Source: Asterias rubens (Eukaryota). Taken from it: a DNA stretch of 64,000 nt. Each line of letters begins with the position of its first letter. The stretch's first letter is position 1. The position numbers were made by a program, and so were the translations under genes. Positions 46,217 to 59,349 of this stretch are shown piece by piece. The notes under the pieces were generated by a model. The model did no database searches. It had not been told where the DNA came from and saw nothing but the letters and a program-made list of their open reading frames with translations. Location of the stretch: the NCBI RefSeq assembly GCF_902459465.1, contig NC_047076.1:7998001-8062000 (forward strand), in the 5' to 3' direction.

Positions 46217-46609
46217 ATGAGACTTAAAAACGTAACAGATGAGGCCCTCTTGCTCACACAAACATCATCAATCCTCTTCCTTCAGTAGTAGAGAGTTAAT
46301 CAAATCTAAAAGTATTTTATCTTCGGCAAGTAACCTTCATTTTGTAAAACGTTCCTCCATTCTGAAGGAAACATTTTCTTGGTAAAAGTAGTTTAACTTA
46401 ATTCCTTCTCTGTATCTTACTACAAAAGCGATGAATTCAGAAGGATTCCAATCTTATTTAAGTCCAAGTAATTGGGTTTGGACATCTGTGTAAGTTTCTA
46501 ATTAGAGGATTGGAATTGATTACCTTTTGAAATACCTTTTCTGATTCTTCCCTGTCCTTAAGATGATGTTTATGCTGTTAATTACGTGATAATATTATCA
46601 CCCAATCTT

Positions 46610-46903
46610 ATAAAGGCATTGGACATTTTTGGTAGTTGTCAAAGACCAGTCTTCTCAATTGGTGTATCTCAACATATCCACAAAATAACAAACCTGTGAA
46701 AATTTGAACTCAATTGGTCGTTGTGAGATAATAATGGAAGAAAAACACACCCTTGTCACACGAAGTTGTGTGCTTTCAGATGCCGTTTCTCACAACGTTT
46801 TGTTTTATACTATGTTTCAACAGCTCCCCATTGCTAGTTACCAAATAAATTGTTATGCTAACAATTATTTTGAGTAATTACCAATAGTGTCTACTGCCTT
46901 TAA
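46610..46903 (+). mobile_element. MITE family A, central palindrome deleted
   Basis: TAAAGGCATTGGACA ... GTGTCTACTGCCTTTAA. Confidence 0.85.
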
Positions 46904-48082
46904 TAAAGTTGGGAGATACTTTTTTTTAGTAAAACAGAGGATTGGAAAGATTCCAACTAAAAAAGACATGAGAGAGTTTCATAACATATTTTATCGGTTG
47001 ACCCGCTTCTGAACCATCTACTTCTACTACTTTTTTGGTACAACTCTGAAGTGGTGACTTCACGTACTTTTGGCACTCTGTGTACACTGGCCCAGATCTT
47101 GTGTGTGAGAAGGGGGGCTCGTGCGGGCACAACAAGGCGCTACAGAGGGGCTATAAAATGCACCTTATTTCAATGGAATTTAGGTCATGCACACGCCAAC
47201 ATTGGTACATGTAATAGCCCACATTGTACTGATTATTGGGCTGTGACAAAACAGGCAAAATACTTCCGCCAATAAAAGTGGGAGAGGTCTTTTTCTTCCC
47301 CGACAGAAGCAATCACTTTAAAAAATAGGCAGACTTCACGCGGTGACACAAAGGGTGAAGTTGAGCGTGGCACTTTTAAAACCTATGAAAACCAGATACA
47401 TACGTGGTGGTTTGTATTGACGCTAACCTAATTCTTTCCCTCCACATGGAAACTGTTTTCAGTTATGACTTGGGCTGGCCATTAAAAAGTCAACCATAAC
47501 TTTGGCGATTGTGTTTTTCGCTTTGTACTAGATACAATAAATCACATGTTGCGGGACTCAGGCCAAGGATCCTGTGGTTGTGGCATCTCCCTCTCTCTAG
47601 TAAACCAGGTTAAGCTACCCTCATCTACATGGGACGTGTGAATAGTCCATCAACCTATTTATGCCAACACTGTGTACGTCAATGTTCCAGTGCGGGGATC
47701 CTCGGGATGGGTGTAGCTGCCAAGAGTTCTCATGAACTTTAAATCGGTTCGCTATGGACAGGATATAAATCACTTTAGGAACCCTTGATATTAAAACAAA
47801 ATCAACTTGTAACCATTTCAGTGTAACATATTCTGCCTAACAACTGCCTTTTCTGTACTTACTTGAAAACTTTGGTCTAAGTTATAATTCGTTATTACTA
47901 TTATCCTGAATGAAGGCATAAATAAATATTTATTATTGTTTTTTTTATATATATTTGTTTAAGATGGGAGAATGGGTGGGTGTGCAAGATGGTTTAAATT
48001 GAGATGCACAGTTCATTAATATTTTGTTGATTAAGAATCTCTGTGACCGGTAACCAGGAATTACTCTAATGGCTCAACTTTT

Positions 48083-48468
48083 TTAAAGGCAGTGGACACT
48101 ATTGGTAATTACTCAAAGTAATTATTAGCGTAAAACCTGTCTTGGTGATGAGTAATGGGGAGAGGTTGATGGCATAAAACATTGTGAGAAACGGCTCCCT
48201 CTGAAGTGCCACAGTTTTTGAGAAAGAAGTAATTTTCCACGAATTTGATTTCGAGACCTCAGATTTAGAACTTGAGGTCTCGAAATCAACCATCTAAACA
48301 CACAACTTCGTGTGACAAGGGTGTTTTTTTTCTTTCACTATTATCTCGCAACTTCGATGACCGATTGAGCTCAAATTTTCACAGGTTTGTTATTTTATGC
48401 ATATGTTGAGATACACCAACTGTGAAGGGTAGTCTTTGACAATTACCAATAGTGTCCACTGTCTTTAA
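48083..48468 (-). mobile_element. MITE family A, full-length reference copy (386 bp)
   Basis: TTAAAGGCAGTGGACACTATTGGTAATT ... AATTACCAATAGTGTCCACTGTCTTTAA; central palindrome TTGATTTCGAGACCTC-spacer-GAGGTCTCGAAATCAA. TTAA plus AG(G) ends fit Kolobok-associated T2-type MITEs. Confidence 0.93.
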
Positions 48469-48720
48469 CATAGTCTACATGATGTTCATTTGTAAACACG
48501 TTGCGCTAAAATCCGTGTATCCAAGCAGTCAAATCAAGGCATTGTACAACAAGAAGAGATCCAAATTAGCAGTGAGTGACAGCATTAACAGTTTCTTTTA
48601 CTAATGGACGCCTATTATCAGACTCTCCCTAATAAAGACAACAATTTGGCAAAATATTGTTATGAAATTAATAGGCTTGACATTTCAAGATGATCAACAG
48701 TTACGTACATTATAAGTGTA

Positions 48721-48947
48721 TAAGAGATGCGGTACCCGCTGCCAAAACATAGGATTCGAACTGCCTCTAGCTGCCGGGCAACCTCGGTAGTCTAGTTGGT
48801 AAGACACTGCTCTAGAATTGCACGGGTCGTGGGTTCAAATCCCACCCGAGTAACATGCCTGTGATATTTTTTTTCACAGGAATCAGGAAAGTACTGAGTA
48901 TACAGTGCTAAAACACATCAGTGTATGGGTAAACAACCAAAATTAAT
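48721..48947 (+). mobile_element. T1 monomer flanked by a 12-bp TSD
   Basis: Near-identical to the 28197 unit; ATTATAAGTGTA at 48709-48720 and 48948-48959. Confidence 0.9.
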
Positions 48948-51884
48948 ATTATAAGTGTACTCGGAATACATTGAGTACAGTATTTCAGGCCTCAAAATAA
49001 CCCACAGCACCCATAGAAAATGCAGTGGTGCCCTGTGCTTTTGCTGTGGTACCTTCTGCAAGGTTTCAATACAAACTTTAATAGAAGTGCCTCTTACCAG
49101 AGGGAAACTGCAGTGCCCCTACAACACTACAAGAGCGAAGTTCAAGGCCTGGGGTCCGTTTTGCAAAGAGCTTAAGATTGATCTTAAATGCAAATCAATC
49201 ATAGTTGCCAAGTAAAGTGTGATGTCACAATACAAATCACTACGGTATGCCTAATACTGTCAGCGTGTCTTGTAATAAATTGTATTGCTTCGTGAAATCG
49301 GCCCCTGGTATTTGTCAATAGGCCATATTCAGTCAATCAACCAATCAATAAATCAGAAAATAAAGTTTATTTGGAGACAGTAATTTACAAGAAGATGACT
49401 GAAGAAAGTATGAGATCGGTGATGTACTGTGAAACAAGTCCGTCGATGGCTTTATAAGTAATTACATATTGAAATGAATACAACAGTGAATTGATAACCA
49501 GTGCAGACTTTGAAGAACTAGAGTAATGTGATTGATGTTCTTGGTGTGGGTGATGATTATAATGTGTTTCTGGTTAATTCAATGAAACCACAGCCCAAGA
49601 ATCACTTGAGATTCCTAACCATTTGTACATCCCAGCCATCCCCCACCCCCGCTAAAGGAAACCATGACCTCCCTCGTCCCTATTTTATTCTCCAAGCTGC
49701 CTAAAATATTCCTCCAACTTTTGATTATCCTTGGAAAGGCCTCCTCTATAACGAGTATAAAATCCACTAATCCATGGATCAACAAATGTTTCATGCATCT
49801 CGCCGCAGTTTTTTACATTTGTTTTTTTGCCCCATGCCATTCAAATTACTGCTAGACACCTCCGCTAGTCACTGTGCATTTACGTTAATAGTCTGCTCTA
49901 ATTCTACAAACATCACGAACGATACCAAAAAGTCTAGCACACTGAAGAAAAAACCAACATTTCATGTACCGGTATTAGCCTCAAGTCATAAAACATCACA
50001 AAAAGAAAAGCCAAAAGACAGAAACCATGTAGAGGGATATATTGATATCCGACAATAAGAATCGTTCGTGAGTAGTAAGTCACACTTATGTTCTGGCGTA
50101 TGTTAACGGTGGAATGCAACGCACTGCCAAATGTCGGCTGCGACATGACCCCTGACCTGTACCTGTACTAGCACTGAAAAGCAATGATGAATCACGGTGA
50201 TCTACGCCCAACATGCATTTCACAGTGATCGTATGATCGTCGTTACAGCATGGGAAAAATCTTCACAACACAACAGCCCTACTCAGAACAAAAAAGCTGC
50301 AAACTATTAAAACACATCTCAAGGAATGTGACCAATATTTATGCCGAACCATAAACAATTCCCTCTAGCTAAAACAGTTTTTATGATACTGTCATTTAAA
50401 CTTCGCATGGGGTGACCACGCAAAAAGCCTTTTGTACTGCGACTTGCATGTTACAAAACACATTCTTTTTTGTTTTCGTCAAGGGACGACACATTTTCCC
50501 ACTTTTAGAGCATTTAGGTTTTTATAACATTCTTGATATGTTCGCATTTTAAAAGCTATTATATAAAAATACGTGCATTTCTAGAACGAGTTCCAGAAAT
50601 CCCAAGAAGGTTTTTTATTGATTAATGTGCGGCTTAATTGTATTATCAAAAATAAACTGGGTGAACAAGAAGACACCTACATGTTTTCTTGTATGACTAG
50701 TCCTCATAAACCCAATGTGTCACACTCATCAAACAAGTGGTCCACATTTCAAATGGATTTCAGGTTCTTATGGTGGGAGACAACAGGGTAGGAAAGTGGA
50801 GCATAAAAAAATACGCCCCCGACCCTGGCAACAGCACATCTCGCGAGCATCCTTCCCCCGGCAACGGAGGATCAAATGGGCCAATGGCAATGCTTGAAGC
50901 CCTGAACTATGTGGGTGGCAAGCAAAGCCCAGTGTAGTGCAAATACAGTTAGCAGGCAAGCATGAGTAGGCAACCCCCGTCAAGGGGGTATTTAAGGATG
51001 TGTCTTTCTTCATCAAAATCACAGCCTCAAACTCTGCTGGTACTGACAGACAACGTGCATAACCGTTTACAACTTCGATCATCACACTGTTGCAAAAATT
51101 TGTGGTGACTGCGTGTCAATGAACAGTCAAGTTGGGCACGGACGCTGCGAAAACAGACACCATTTGAATGGGAACATTCACTTGAAAAAAAGCATGCCGG
51201 GTCTTTTCGTCCCCCCTATTTCTCTAACAGTAAAACCGAGTTGGTTTTGAGAAGTTCATTGTACAAGGGGAGCCGACAACAACTTGCGTAGCCCAGAGCG
51301 GAATTCTATAACTACACTCAGTAGTGGGCCATGTTCACATGTGTTAACTAATGATCGTCAATCACTCTGAGGAACATTTTCTTAATCCTACGTCAAACTA
51401 ACCAAGTGTAACTGGTGACCCCTTCTCTACAGAGACGGACAATGCTGATTGTGAAATAATTTCTCGCCAATGCTGTTCATGAATGCAGTTAGCGTAAGAC
51501 TGTCAACCTTCACTAAGCACACTTACAAAACTAAGGTAAGAAAAACTAAGTAGTAAAAAGTTGATTTTTTTTATTACGACATTGTGGATATATGACTGTA
51601 AGCTCAGTTTCACTTTCAATCAACAGAATATATTAACGGATATAATTGGTTACATTTCACGAACCTGCTTAGCAGAAAAAATTGGTTTTATTTACATATA
51701 AATAAACAGAAATCAGCAGGGAACTATAAGCAGAAGCAAGTCAAAAGTTTTTGATGCTTAGAAAATTTGTGTCTGTAGTAGATAGAAATAATAATGCATT
51801 ATTATTGCTATCTACTACTGAGGAAAGTTGGTGTAGCACAGTAGCTGAGAAATGTAACACTTTTTTATTGTAATGATTTTTGGG

Positions 51885-52137
51885 GTTAAAGAATTGACTA
51901 GAGTGGGATTCGAACCACTGACCTCCGGATTAACGTGCCGGCGCTCTACCAACTGAGCTATCTAGACCTATGTTGGCGGTGTCCCTATTTTGTCAATATC
52001 TTTGTTCGGGGTGCCAGTCAGAAGCCATAAAACCGTTAACTGCCGTGTAGTCAGGGATCACACCCAAATTACGATACAACCTGGGAAGCAACAGCTAGGG
52101 GATCACCTTAAGGGGATGCGACTTTTTGTTTCAGTTT
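51885..52137 (-). mobile_element. Second repeat family with an internal tRNA-like (Asn-GTT-like) segment
   Basis: Minus strand 51965-51898: CTAGATAGCTCAGTTGGTAGAGCGCCGGCACGTTAATCCGGAGGTCAGTGGTTCGAATCCCACTCTAG, with A and B boxes but a flawed acceptor stem and anticodon loop. A related copy lies at 484-615. Confidence 0.7.
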
Positions 52138-52440
52138 TGTGATACCAAAAATGTATTCCAAAAAGAATCATGTTTAGTTCCCCTTGAGTATAGGGCACAT
52201 GGTGTGTACAAGTATGTTATGCACAGTGTGGGAAGTGTGTCAGGGTACTCACAGAGAAACCCTATGGTGAATTGAACTTTAGTAAATGCTGAAATGATTA
52301 GACCTACTTTGGAGTGTAAACCATTCATGTGGGCTGATAACATTTCTAAGTATTAGGATCCACTAAGTACATAACTTTTCAAAAAGCAAGTAAGAGGATA
52401 ATAACAAGTATGCTAAACAAAATTAGAACAGTTTCATTTG

Positions 52441-52637
52441 GGCCCAGATTCAAAAGCTGTTAAGCAAAAAAAAATACTGCTTAGCAAGTTTCTTTGCTAA
52501 GCAAAACAAATTAGTGGGATAAAAGTGGCACCAATGAAAACTTTATGGAATTTTGGTTGGTAACCAGTTTCTGTTAAGCAAGATCTGTCTGTGCTTAGTA
52601 AGTTTGAATGCTTACAGGCTTTGTAAAATTAAGCCCC
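52441..52637. mobile_element. Decayed family-C-like MITE
   Basis: GGCCCAGATTCAAAAGCTGTTAAGCA ... TGCTTACAGGCTTTGTAAAATTAAGCCCC. Confidence 0.6.
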
Positions 52638-53184
52638 GACTGGTAAACCGAGTGTTTCTATGTTTAGCATACCTGATTACCAACCATCCGCATGAAATCA
52701 AGCAATGAGTGTCCGCTAATCAGTCAAGCAGGACTCATTATAGGATTTGTATGTCAAATTACTTAAGTCAACTAAAAAGCCCAATTACGTCAGTAGATAT
52801 AGTATACACCCACAAATGTATTCTGCACCATTAGATTGTAGTATCGTAGGCACACTGAAGACGTGCTGTAGACGTGTGACCAATGTGTACACTTGACTGA
52901 GGATAGCGCACTACACCCATCTGGTGAAATACGTACACGCTCTCCAATTAAGCAAGGCACTGGGTTATGTGACAATTGCTTAGCAGTTCTGCGTCATGCC
53001 CCAAAAACCATCCCCACAAGTTTAATCATCAACAAATATAAACTGTGTGCATGTTTGACTAAAGTTTGTCCTTATTGACAATTTCCGCATTACGATATAG
53101 GATAATTATACGCTATGCTAATCCCAACAGGCATGGCGCCTGGGTGACCTGTTTCAGCCACCCCCGGGATTGGGAATGGCAGGC

Positions 53185-53477
53185 TATATAAGTACAGGGG
53201 GATGCTCGCCAAGATTGGTAGTTAACAATGCTGATGTAGAGAGAGAGGACTTAGATCTCCAAGGCGCTGGTTGCCATAACTTTTACATAGCGCTGGTCGC
53301 TATAGGCGCTGGATCGCCATCCCCCAACAAATCAACTCATATTTTTTTATAAAACACATAAAGCGCTGGTCGCTGCTGGTGCTGGATCACCATTGATATT
53401 TTCATGACAGATCTTATTTTGAAATTTCTTCTGTAACAACTTTTGCGTAATCAACTTGATTATCGACAAAGGTAAGT
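53185..53477 (+). promoter_or_regulatory. Candidate TATA promoter and non-coding first exon (possibly of the P450)
   Basis: CTATATAAG at ~53184-53192 and a consensus donor AAG|GTAAGT at 53469-53477; the P450 coding exon begins with an acceptor, so an upstream exon is implied. The linkage is unproven. Confidence 0.25.
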
Positions 53478-53947
53478 CATTTCATGCTCATTTATTTACG
53501 CATGCATTGCATCCATCTGTCTGGTTCTATCAGCTTGCAAACAAATCGGTCAACGATGCCAACAATACTAGATTCAAGAAATTTTTAAAAATATCTTTTC
53601 CTTTTAGAAAAGACTCGAGTAGGATTTAAACATCAAACTTACATGTAGTGCAAACAAATATTCTGCAGGTTGTCTCTGATACTTCCTTACTACATTAATG
53701 TAACATAATCATGTAGCCACCATAGGAATTAACCTTTGTGTAATAAATAACTTCTGTGTCAGTGTAGGAAGTGTATGTTACAATCCCCTTGTTCTGACAT
53801 GTTCTCTGGGGATGGTTTGGGATGAGTTTGGGAATGGTATATGTAGGCATTGACGCCTCATCAAGTTAAAGTTGGGATGGGACGCCTGTCAACCGTCAAA
53901 GTTTCCTGTGTACTAATAAAGTTTGACTCTACTCTACTTTACCATCT

Positions 53948-54090
53948 GGGCCCCGTTTCATAGAGCTACTTAAAAACAAAACAAGCAGCTAAGCACAACA
54001 AAACTATGCTTACCAGAATAAGACAACCGGCCAAACTACTACCATGTCACATTGTGACTGGTATCCTGCTCATTTCTGCTTAGCAAACAA
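53948..54090. mobile_element. Family-C-related MITE fragment
   Basis: TGGGCCCCGTTTCATAGAGCTACTTAA...GCTAAGCACAAC...CTTACCAGAATAAG...TATCCTGCTCAT aligns with 11289-11430. Confidence 0.65.
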
Positions 54091-57000
54091 CTGCCTGTTT
54101 GAACATGATGGCAAGCAAAAATTTACCAACTTGGCTCTAAAGCATGTTCCATTTCTGCTCAGCAACTTTACATTCATACTGTTGACGTTGTATACTCAGT
54201 GAAAAACCCAAGTTCTTTTTGACAATCACAATCTGACGTTCTGCCCCACGGTTTCCTGGTATTGCTCTAGCATTACAGTCAGCAAAGCACGTTTCCAGGT
54301 TAAAAGGTCATTGACATGAAATTTCGTTCCAGAATTGGGCCATGTCATACAGTATACACTGTACCTCTGGGCACATCTCCAGAATGTACATATACATCTA
54401 TAGGCATCAATGGTAGAAAAACCAACTTTGCCACGGGGGATTCGGGAACAATATTTTGGTTCCACAATGGGTAGTTGTAATACGTAGGGTATTGACTTGC
54501 GGTGGTGATGCATTGGGGATTGGTGTATGTGTACACAGTGAGTGTTGCTAGTATACGAATAGCTCACATGCACGAGGTGCGTGGACAATGATAGACCTAG
54601 GGCTGCCAGGTAAAATTAGGTGGAGCAATTCATTTCCTAAAAAACATTTCTGTAAAGTTGGTGTTGATACCTTTAAAAAGAACAAAAAATGGCTCACACA
54701 AAAAAAATCCACAAAATGTGTCACAAAGCTTTCATTGAAAATATGTTATCTAAGAAGACCAGGATTTAGTTTGTGTTCATATTATGACTACTTTGGATTT
54801 CTTTTTCTGAGAGTTAAGTTGAATGCACTGCATTTCAACTTTCCTACAATTTGTTTTCAAGTAGCAAACATTTCCGAGAAGTGTTTGTTTACCCTCATTA
54901 TCTCAATACCTCACAGCGGTTTTTACCAATGGAATAATTGTTGTTGATGGTGGCTAACCGCTGGCACATTAAAATGCAAAATTCCTTGTATTGCCAGCTC
55001 ATTGTAAGAGATTCCATTTTAAAATGTTGCTGAACAACCTGCGAGGCATCAATTAAAAAAAATACAAAAACTGATTCCATAACACACAGACTTGTACAAA
55101 ACAAAGGCAACAAAGGCAATTGCCCCACTAAATGTTCTAATACAAACTGGAAAAATAAAATGTACAAGCACTTTTTCCTCTTTGCAATTACCTGACTGAC
55201 ACTGCTACCCACCACTTATTTTCTTATACAAACTGACATTTATCTTATGGAAATGACCTTTTAGGCCTATTTAACAGGAGAACAGCTCTACACTTTTAAA
55301 ACAAAACAAATTCCAGGTCTGGGTTCAGCTTCTGCTGTAAAAAGCTAAACTTTCTTGTGCTCAGCAATTCTATAAATATTCTTTTTTTTTGTGCAAAGAG
55401 TCCCTCAAGGAATTCTCCATTGGAATAAAAAAAAAGGGTTGGATTTGGATTGGATGCAAATACATGTAAATCAAGCAGATTTGCTTCTTTGACTGGTCAT
55501 CCCAACAGTAATACACCCCCCCCCCCCCTGTTGATGAAGACTGTTGTTTCATTCCACTCCATAATTTTGTGTTATTTGTTTAGCCAATTTTTTGTTAACA
55601 ACTGTGGCGTCACGACTCGACCTAGTCCTAGATCAGAGCATACTGGGGCCTCATTGACAAACCCTAGCCACAAGCATACGAAGGGGGGTAGCGTGTTCAT
55701 TTATATACTGTGCTTTACACAATGGTACAAACAAATATATTGTGAATAGTGCCGGTGCCTGTGAGTCTGTGTGCAGGAGTTCTATGACCACACGACTACT
55801 GAACTCTGTCGGGGGACAACCTTGAAAATTAAATGGTAGTACTATGTACCGCAGAAAACACTGCCTTGCTGAAGGGGAGAAAGAAAAGAAAATGTTGAGG
55901 AGAAAATCTGGAACAGAAACCATTGCCGCCACAAGGACAGCCTGGTGGGTTTGTAATTTGTGATCTTGGGATATTAATCATTTCCAAGCAGTTGTTTATT
56001 TCCAAAATTGGAAAACAAGTCTTTCTTTTCTTTTCCCCCAAACAAATTTGTAACATTTGCACGAACATTAAAGAAGGCAATGAACTATTTGTTTTGTTTC
56101 TGAGAAGCTGAAGGGGGGACTGTCTTAAGGAATTTGAAACCATTTGTGCTACATTTTTTCAAAGTGCAACGTGCATTAACCTCCACTAAGATTTTCAGGG
56201 TTGCAATACAAACCAAACTAATTTTAAACTAACAAGGTTGTGTAATTTCGTTGATCATAAATTATGAGAAGCAAACACCTGGAGGTGGTTCCAAGTGACA
56301 CTAAAAAAAACTGCAGGACGCACATTTTGTTGATTGGGTGCAACATTCCTGTACCCCAAAAGGGGTGTGAACAATGCTTGCATTATACCCCACATGTGGC
56401 CAACTTTTCTGAAATATTCTAACAGGTGTGCAGGGGCAAATTTTTTTGATTGGTTTATCAAAAGAATTTTTTTGTCTATAGTGGGCTGGGCTACGAAAAC
56501 CCGAGCAACCATCGCCTGAAAGCCTCCTGCGAGGCACTCAAGTAAAGCAGACCCTCAATTGTCCCTGTTATCTGATAAAGAACTGATTTCCTACCAATGA
56601 TGACAAGGTGTGATTCGAATATCCTAAAGTGGTGGGACGGGCATGTGCGTATACGCTGACGGTATGCCCAGCGTTTGCTTGGTGGTGATAGGTGGTTGAT
56701 GGGTGTCAGCCATCCAATCCATTAAACTACACTGTAAGTCACTGGAACCGTTTAGCTTAAAAATATACACACGCCTATGCAAGGTGCCACTCACACTGAT
56801 AATTGAGTCAACCTCCCCCCCTCCGAAAAAAAAGAGGGCACAAATGATACTCCAGTGACCCCGTTTACATGCTTAAATGCTTCATAATCAAGAAGACCCA
56901 ATGCATGACCCAATTCAGCCTAGTCAATGATCCAGAAACACAAATCAAGCTATCGAAGGAACAAAGCAAACTGCAAAGAGTGGGCAAATCAAATGTGATG

Positions 57001-58062
57001 GGGATAACTTTGGGCCAAGGAAGAAGGTATAAATAGGGCCGCTGGTTTCCAGCCTTGCCATTGCGAAACATGTTGCTTCATCCCGGCACAAGTCTCTGTA
57101 AAGTCGTTTGACAAGCATCGAGCCCCGAGTGCGTACCGTGTATGGATGTGTGTGTGTGTCAACAGGTGAGCGTTTACTGCACAATTACCAATTAGTAGCT
57201 GGATACATGTTACACTCATGTAACCGAGCTACATGATTCATGCTCTTAGGCGTTCAGTCAAACTCCGACTGTAACAGTGACGTTCATTGGAACTGTAGGG
57301 TGCGATCATGTATCTTGATCGTGTAGGCCCTACAGCATTAAATCAACTGTCACGCTGAACTTTGGCAAACCTTTAGGGGTGCACTTTGTTTTTACTCGTT
57401 GGCTGAAAAGTACCAACGGTCATCTGTCATTAATAACTTGAAACAACACAGAACTATTCAACAAATATTTACTAGTTATTTTTAGTGACTTCTTATTGAA
57501 ACAACACATTGGCGACATTTGACTGGGGTGATTGTTGGCATTTTTTTTAAAATACTTTAAAAAAAACTTTATTATTTCAAAACTTTAATAATTTTTTTGA
57601 ACATGAACTATTTGTTTTCTTCTTCATGTTTTTGGAGAAATCTTTTATTTTGTATACACATTCTTTTGTATTTGTTTAATTTAATTTTACAGGGATATTT
57701 GTTTGCCTTTATTTAACAATTTATGCCTACATATGTATTGCTTTCTTTTGGGGAGTAATGACAATTCCAACTAACTTGTTGAATATTTCTGCGGATGTGT
57801 TTGGGTGATTTGATTTTTTATTTATAACGAACTTTTGAAAGTTTTGGCTCAAATGATATCAAAGTTATAGGCAAATAATGTAAGAAAAAAACATCTTTGT
57901 TGCATAGAATCGCAAGTTTTCAGATGTTCAACCTCAGATTCAAATTTGTTGGTTTAAAATCACCGCTTATCTGAAACTGCATTACTTCAAAGGGTGTTGT
58001 TTCTAACAAAGATTTATAACATCAACATTCCCCAGTACTCTCTCAGAAGGTGTACCCTCCCT

Positions 58063-58288
58063 TTAAAGGCAGTGGACACTATTGGTAATTCCTAAAAATA
58101 ATTGTTAGCATAAAAACTTTACTTGGTAACAAGCAATGGAGAGTGTTTTTTCTTACATTGCTATCTCGCAACTTCGATGACCAATTGAGTTCAAGTTTTC
58201 ACAGGTTTGTTATTTTATGCATATGTTGAGATACACCAAGTGAGAAGACTTGTCTTTGACAATTACCAATAGTGTCAAATGTCTTTAA
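58063..58288 (-). mobile_element. MITE family A, internally deleted
   Basis: TTAAAGGCAGTGGACACTATTGGTAATT ... AATTACCAATAGTGTCAAATGTCTTTAA. Confidence 0.88.
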
Positions 58289-58548
58289 ATGAACTAGGTA
58301 TAATATCACAATAACACCCCTCAGAAAATGAAGGTATCTTATCTAAACGGTAATTTGACTATTTTTATACTTGGAAGCCACAGAAAGGTAAGTGACACCA
58401 CAGATAAAGATTTTACAAATCTAGATCACGGAGACTTAAACTTTGATTAAGGTTAATGGGAAGTTAAACTTGATCGGGAAGTTTACTATTTTTAGTCACC
58501 CCCTCTCCTGTTACTCTCCCACACACTTATACAAAAAGTAAAACACTT

Positions 58549-58937
58549 TCAAAGGCAGTGGACACTATTGGTAATTACTCAGAATAATTATTAGCATAAA
58601 ACTTTATACTTGTTAACAAGCAATGGAGATGTGTTGATAGTATAAAACTTTGTGAGAAACGGCTCCCTTTGAAGTAACGTAGTTTTCGAGAAAGAAGTAA
58701 TTTTCCACGAATTTGATTTCAAGACCTCAGAATTAGATTTTGAGGTCTCGAAAATTAAGCATCTGAAAGCACACTACTTCATGTGACAAGGGTGTTTCTT
58801 CTTTCATTATTATCTCGAAACTTCGACGACCAATTGAGCTCAAATTTTCACAGGTTTGTTATTTTATGCATATGTTGAGATACACCAAGTGAGAAGACTG
58901 GTCTTTGACAATTACCAAAAGTGTCCAGGGTCTTTAA
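58549..58937 (-). mobile_element. MITE family A, full length
   Basis: AAAGGCAGTGGACACTATTGG ... GTGTCCAGGGTCTTTAA. Confidence 0.9.
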
Positions 58938-58945
58938 GTCTACAC

Positions 58946-59349
58946 TTAAAGGGAAGGTAAAGGTTTTGGTAATCAGTCTTACGATTCATAGCAATAAAAC
59001 CTTACTTAGTCATAGTTAGAAGTATAGCAGCTTTCAACAGTATGGAGCATTTTGAGAATCATTTCACTTTCAGAGGTAGTGGAATAAGATACTGGTTTTT
59101 ATCCCCCAAGTTTGTGAATCTGAGATACGTTACTGTCAGATAAGATGCTTAGAGTGTGTATTCCAATTATGGATTATTCTTCCAGCGAGGAAATAACCGC
59201 TCCGGATTTTCGTCAATATCTCAAATATTTGACCACCTTTTGATTTTAAATTTTGCACGGGTTAGTTTCCTTGTATGTATATCTTCATTTGTGAAGGATT
59301 AAAACAATCAACTGGTTCCAAAATCTGAAAAGGTAAAATGTCTCTTTAA
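58946..59349. mobile_element. Another TTAA-flanked MITE-like element
   Basis: TTAAAGGGAAGGTA at the left and TGTCTCTTTAA at the right; the interior is weakly reminiscent of family A. The TIR match is weak. Confidence 0.45.

Noticed and set aside
49399-49445. CTGAAGA...GAAAC spacing suggesting a hammerhead
   Set aside because: Stem II is poor, and no stem III or NUH cleavage site could be formed on either side.
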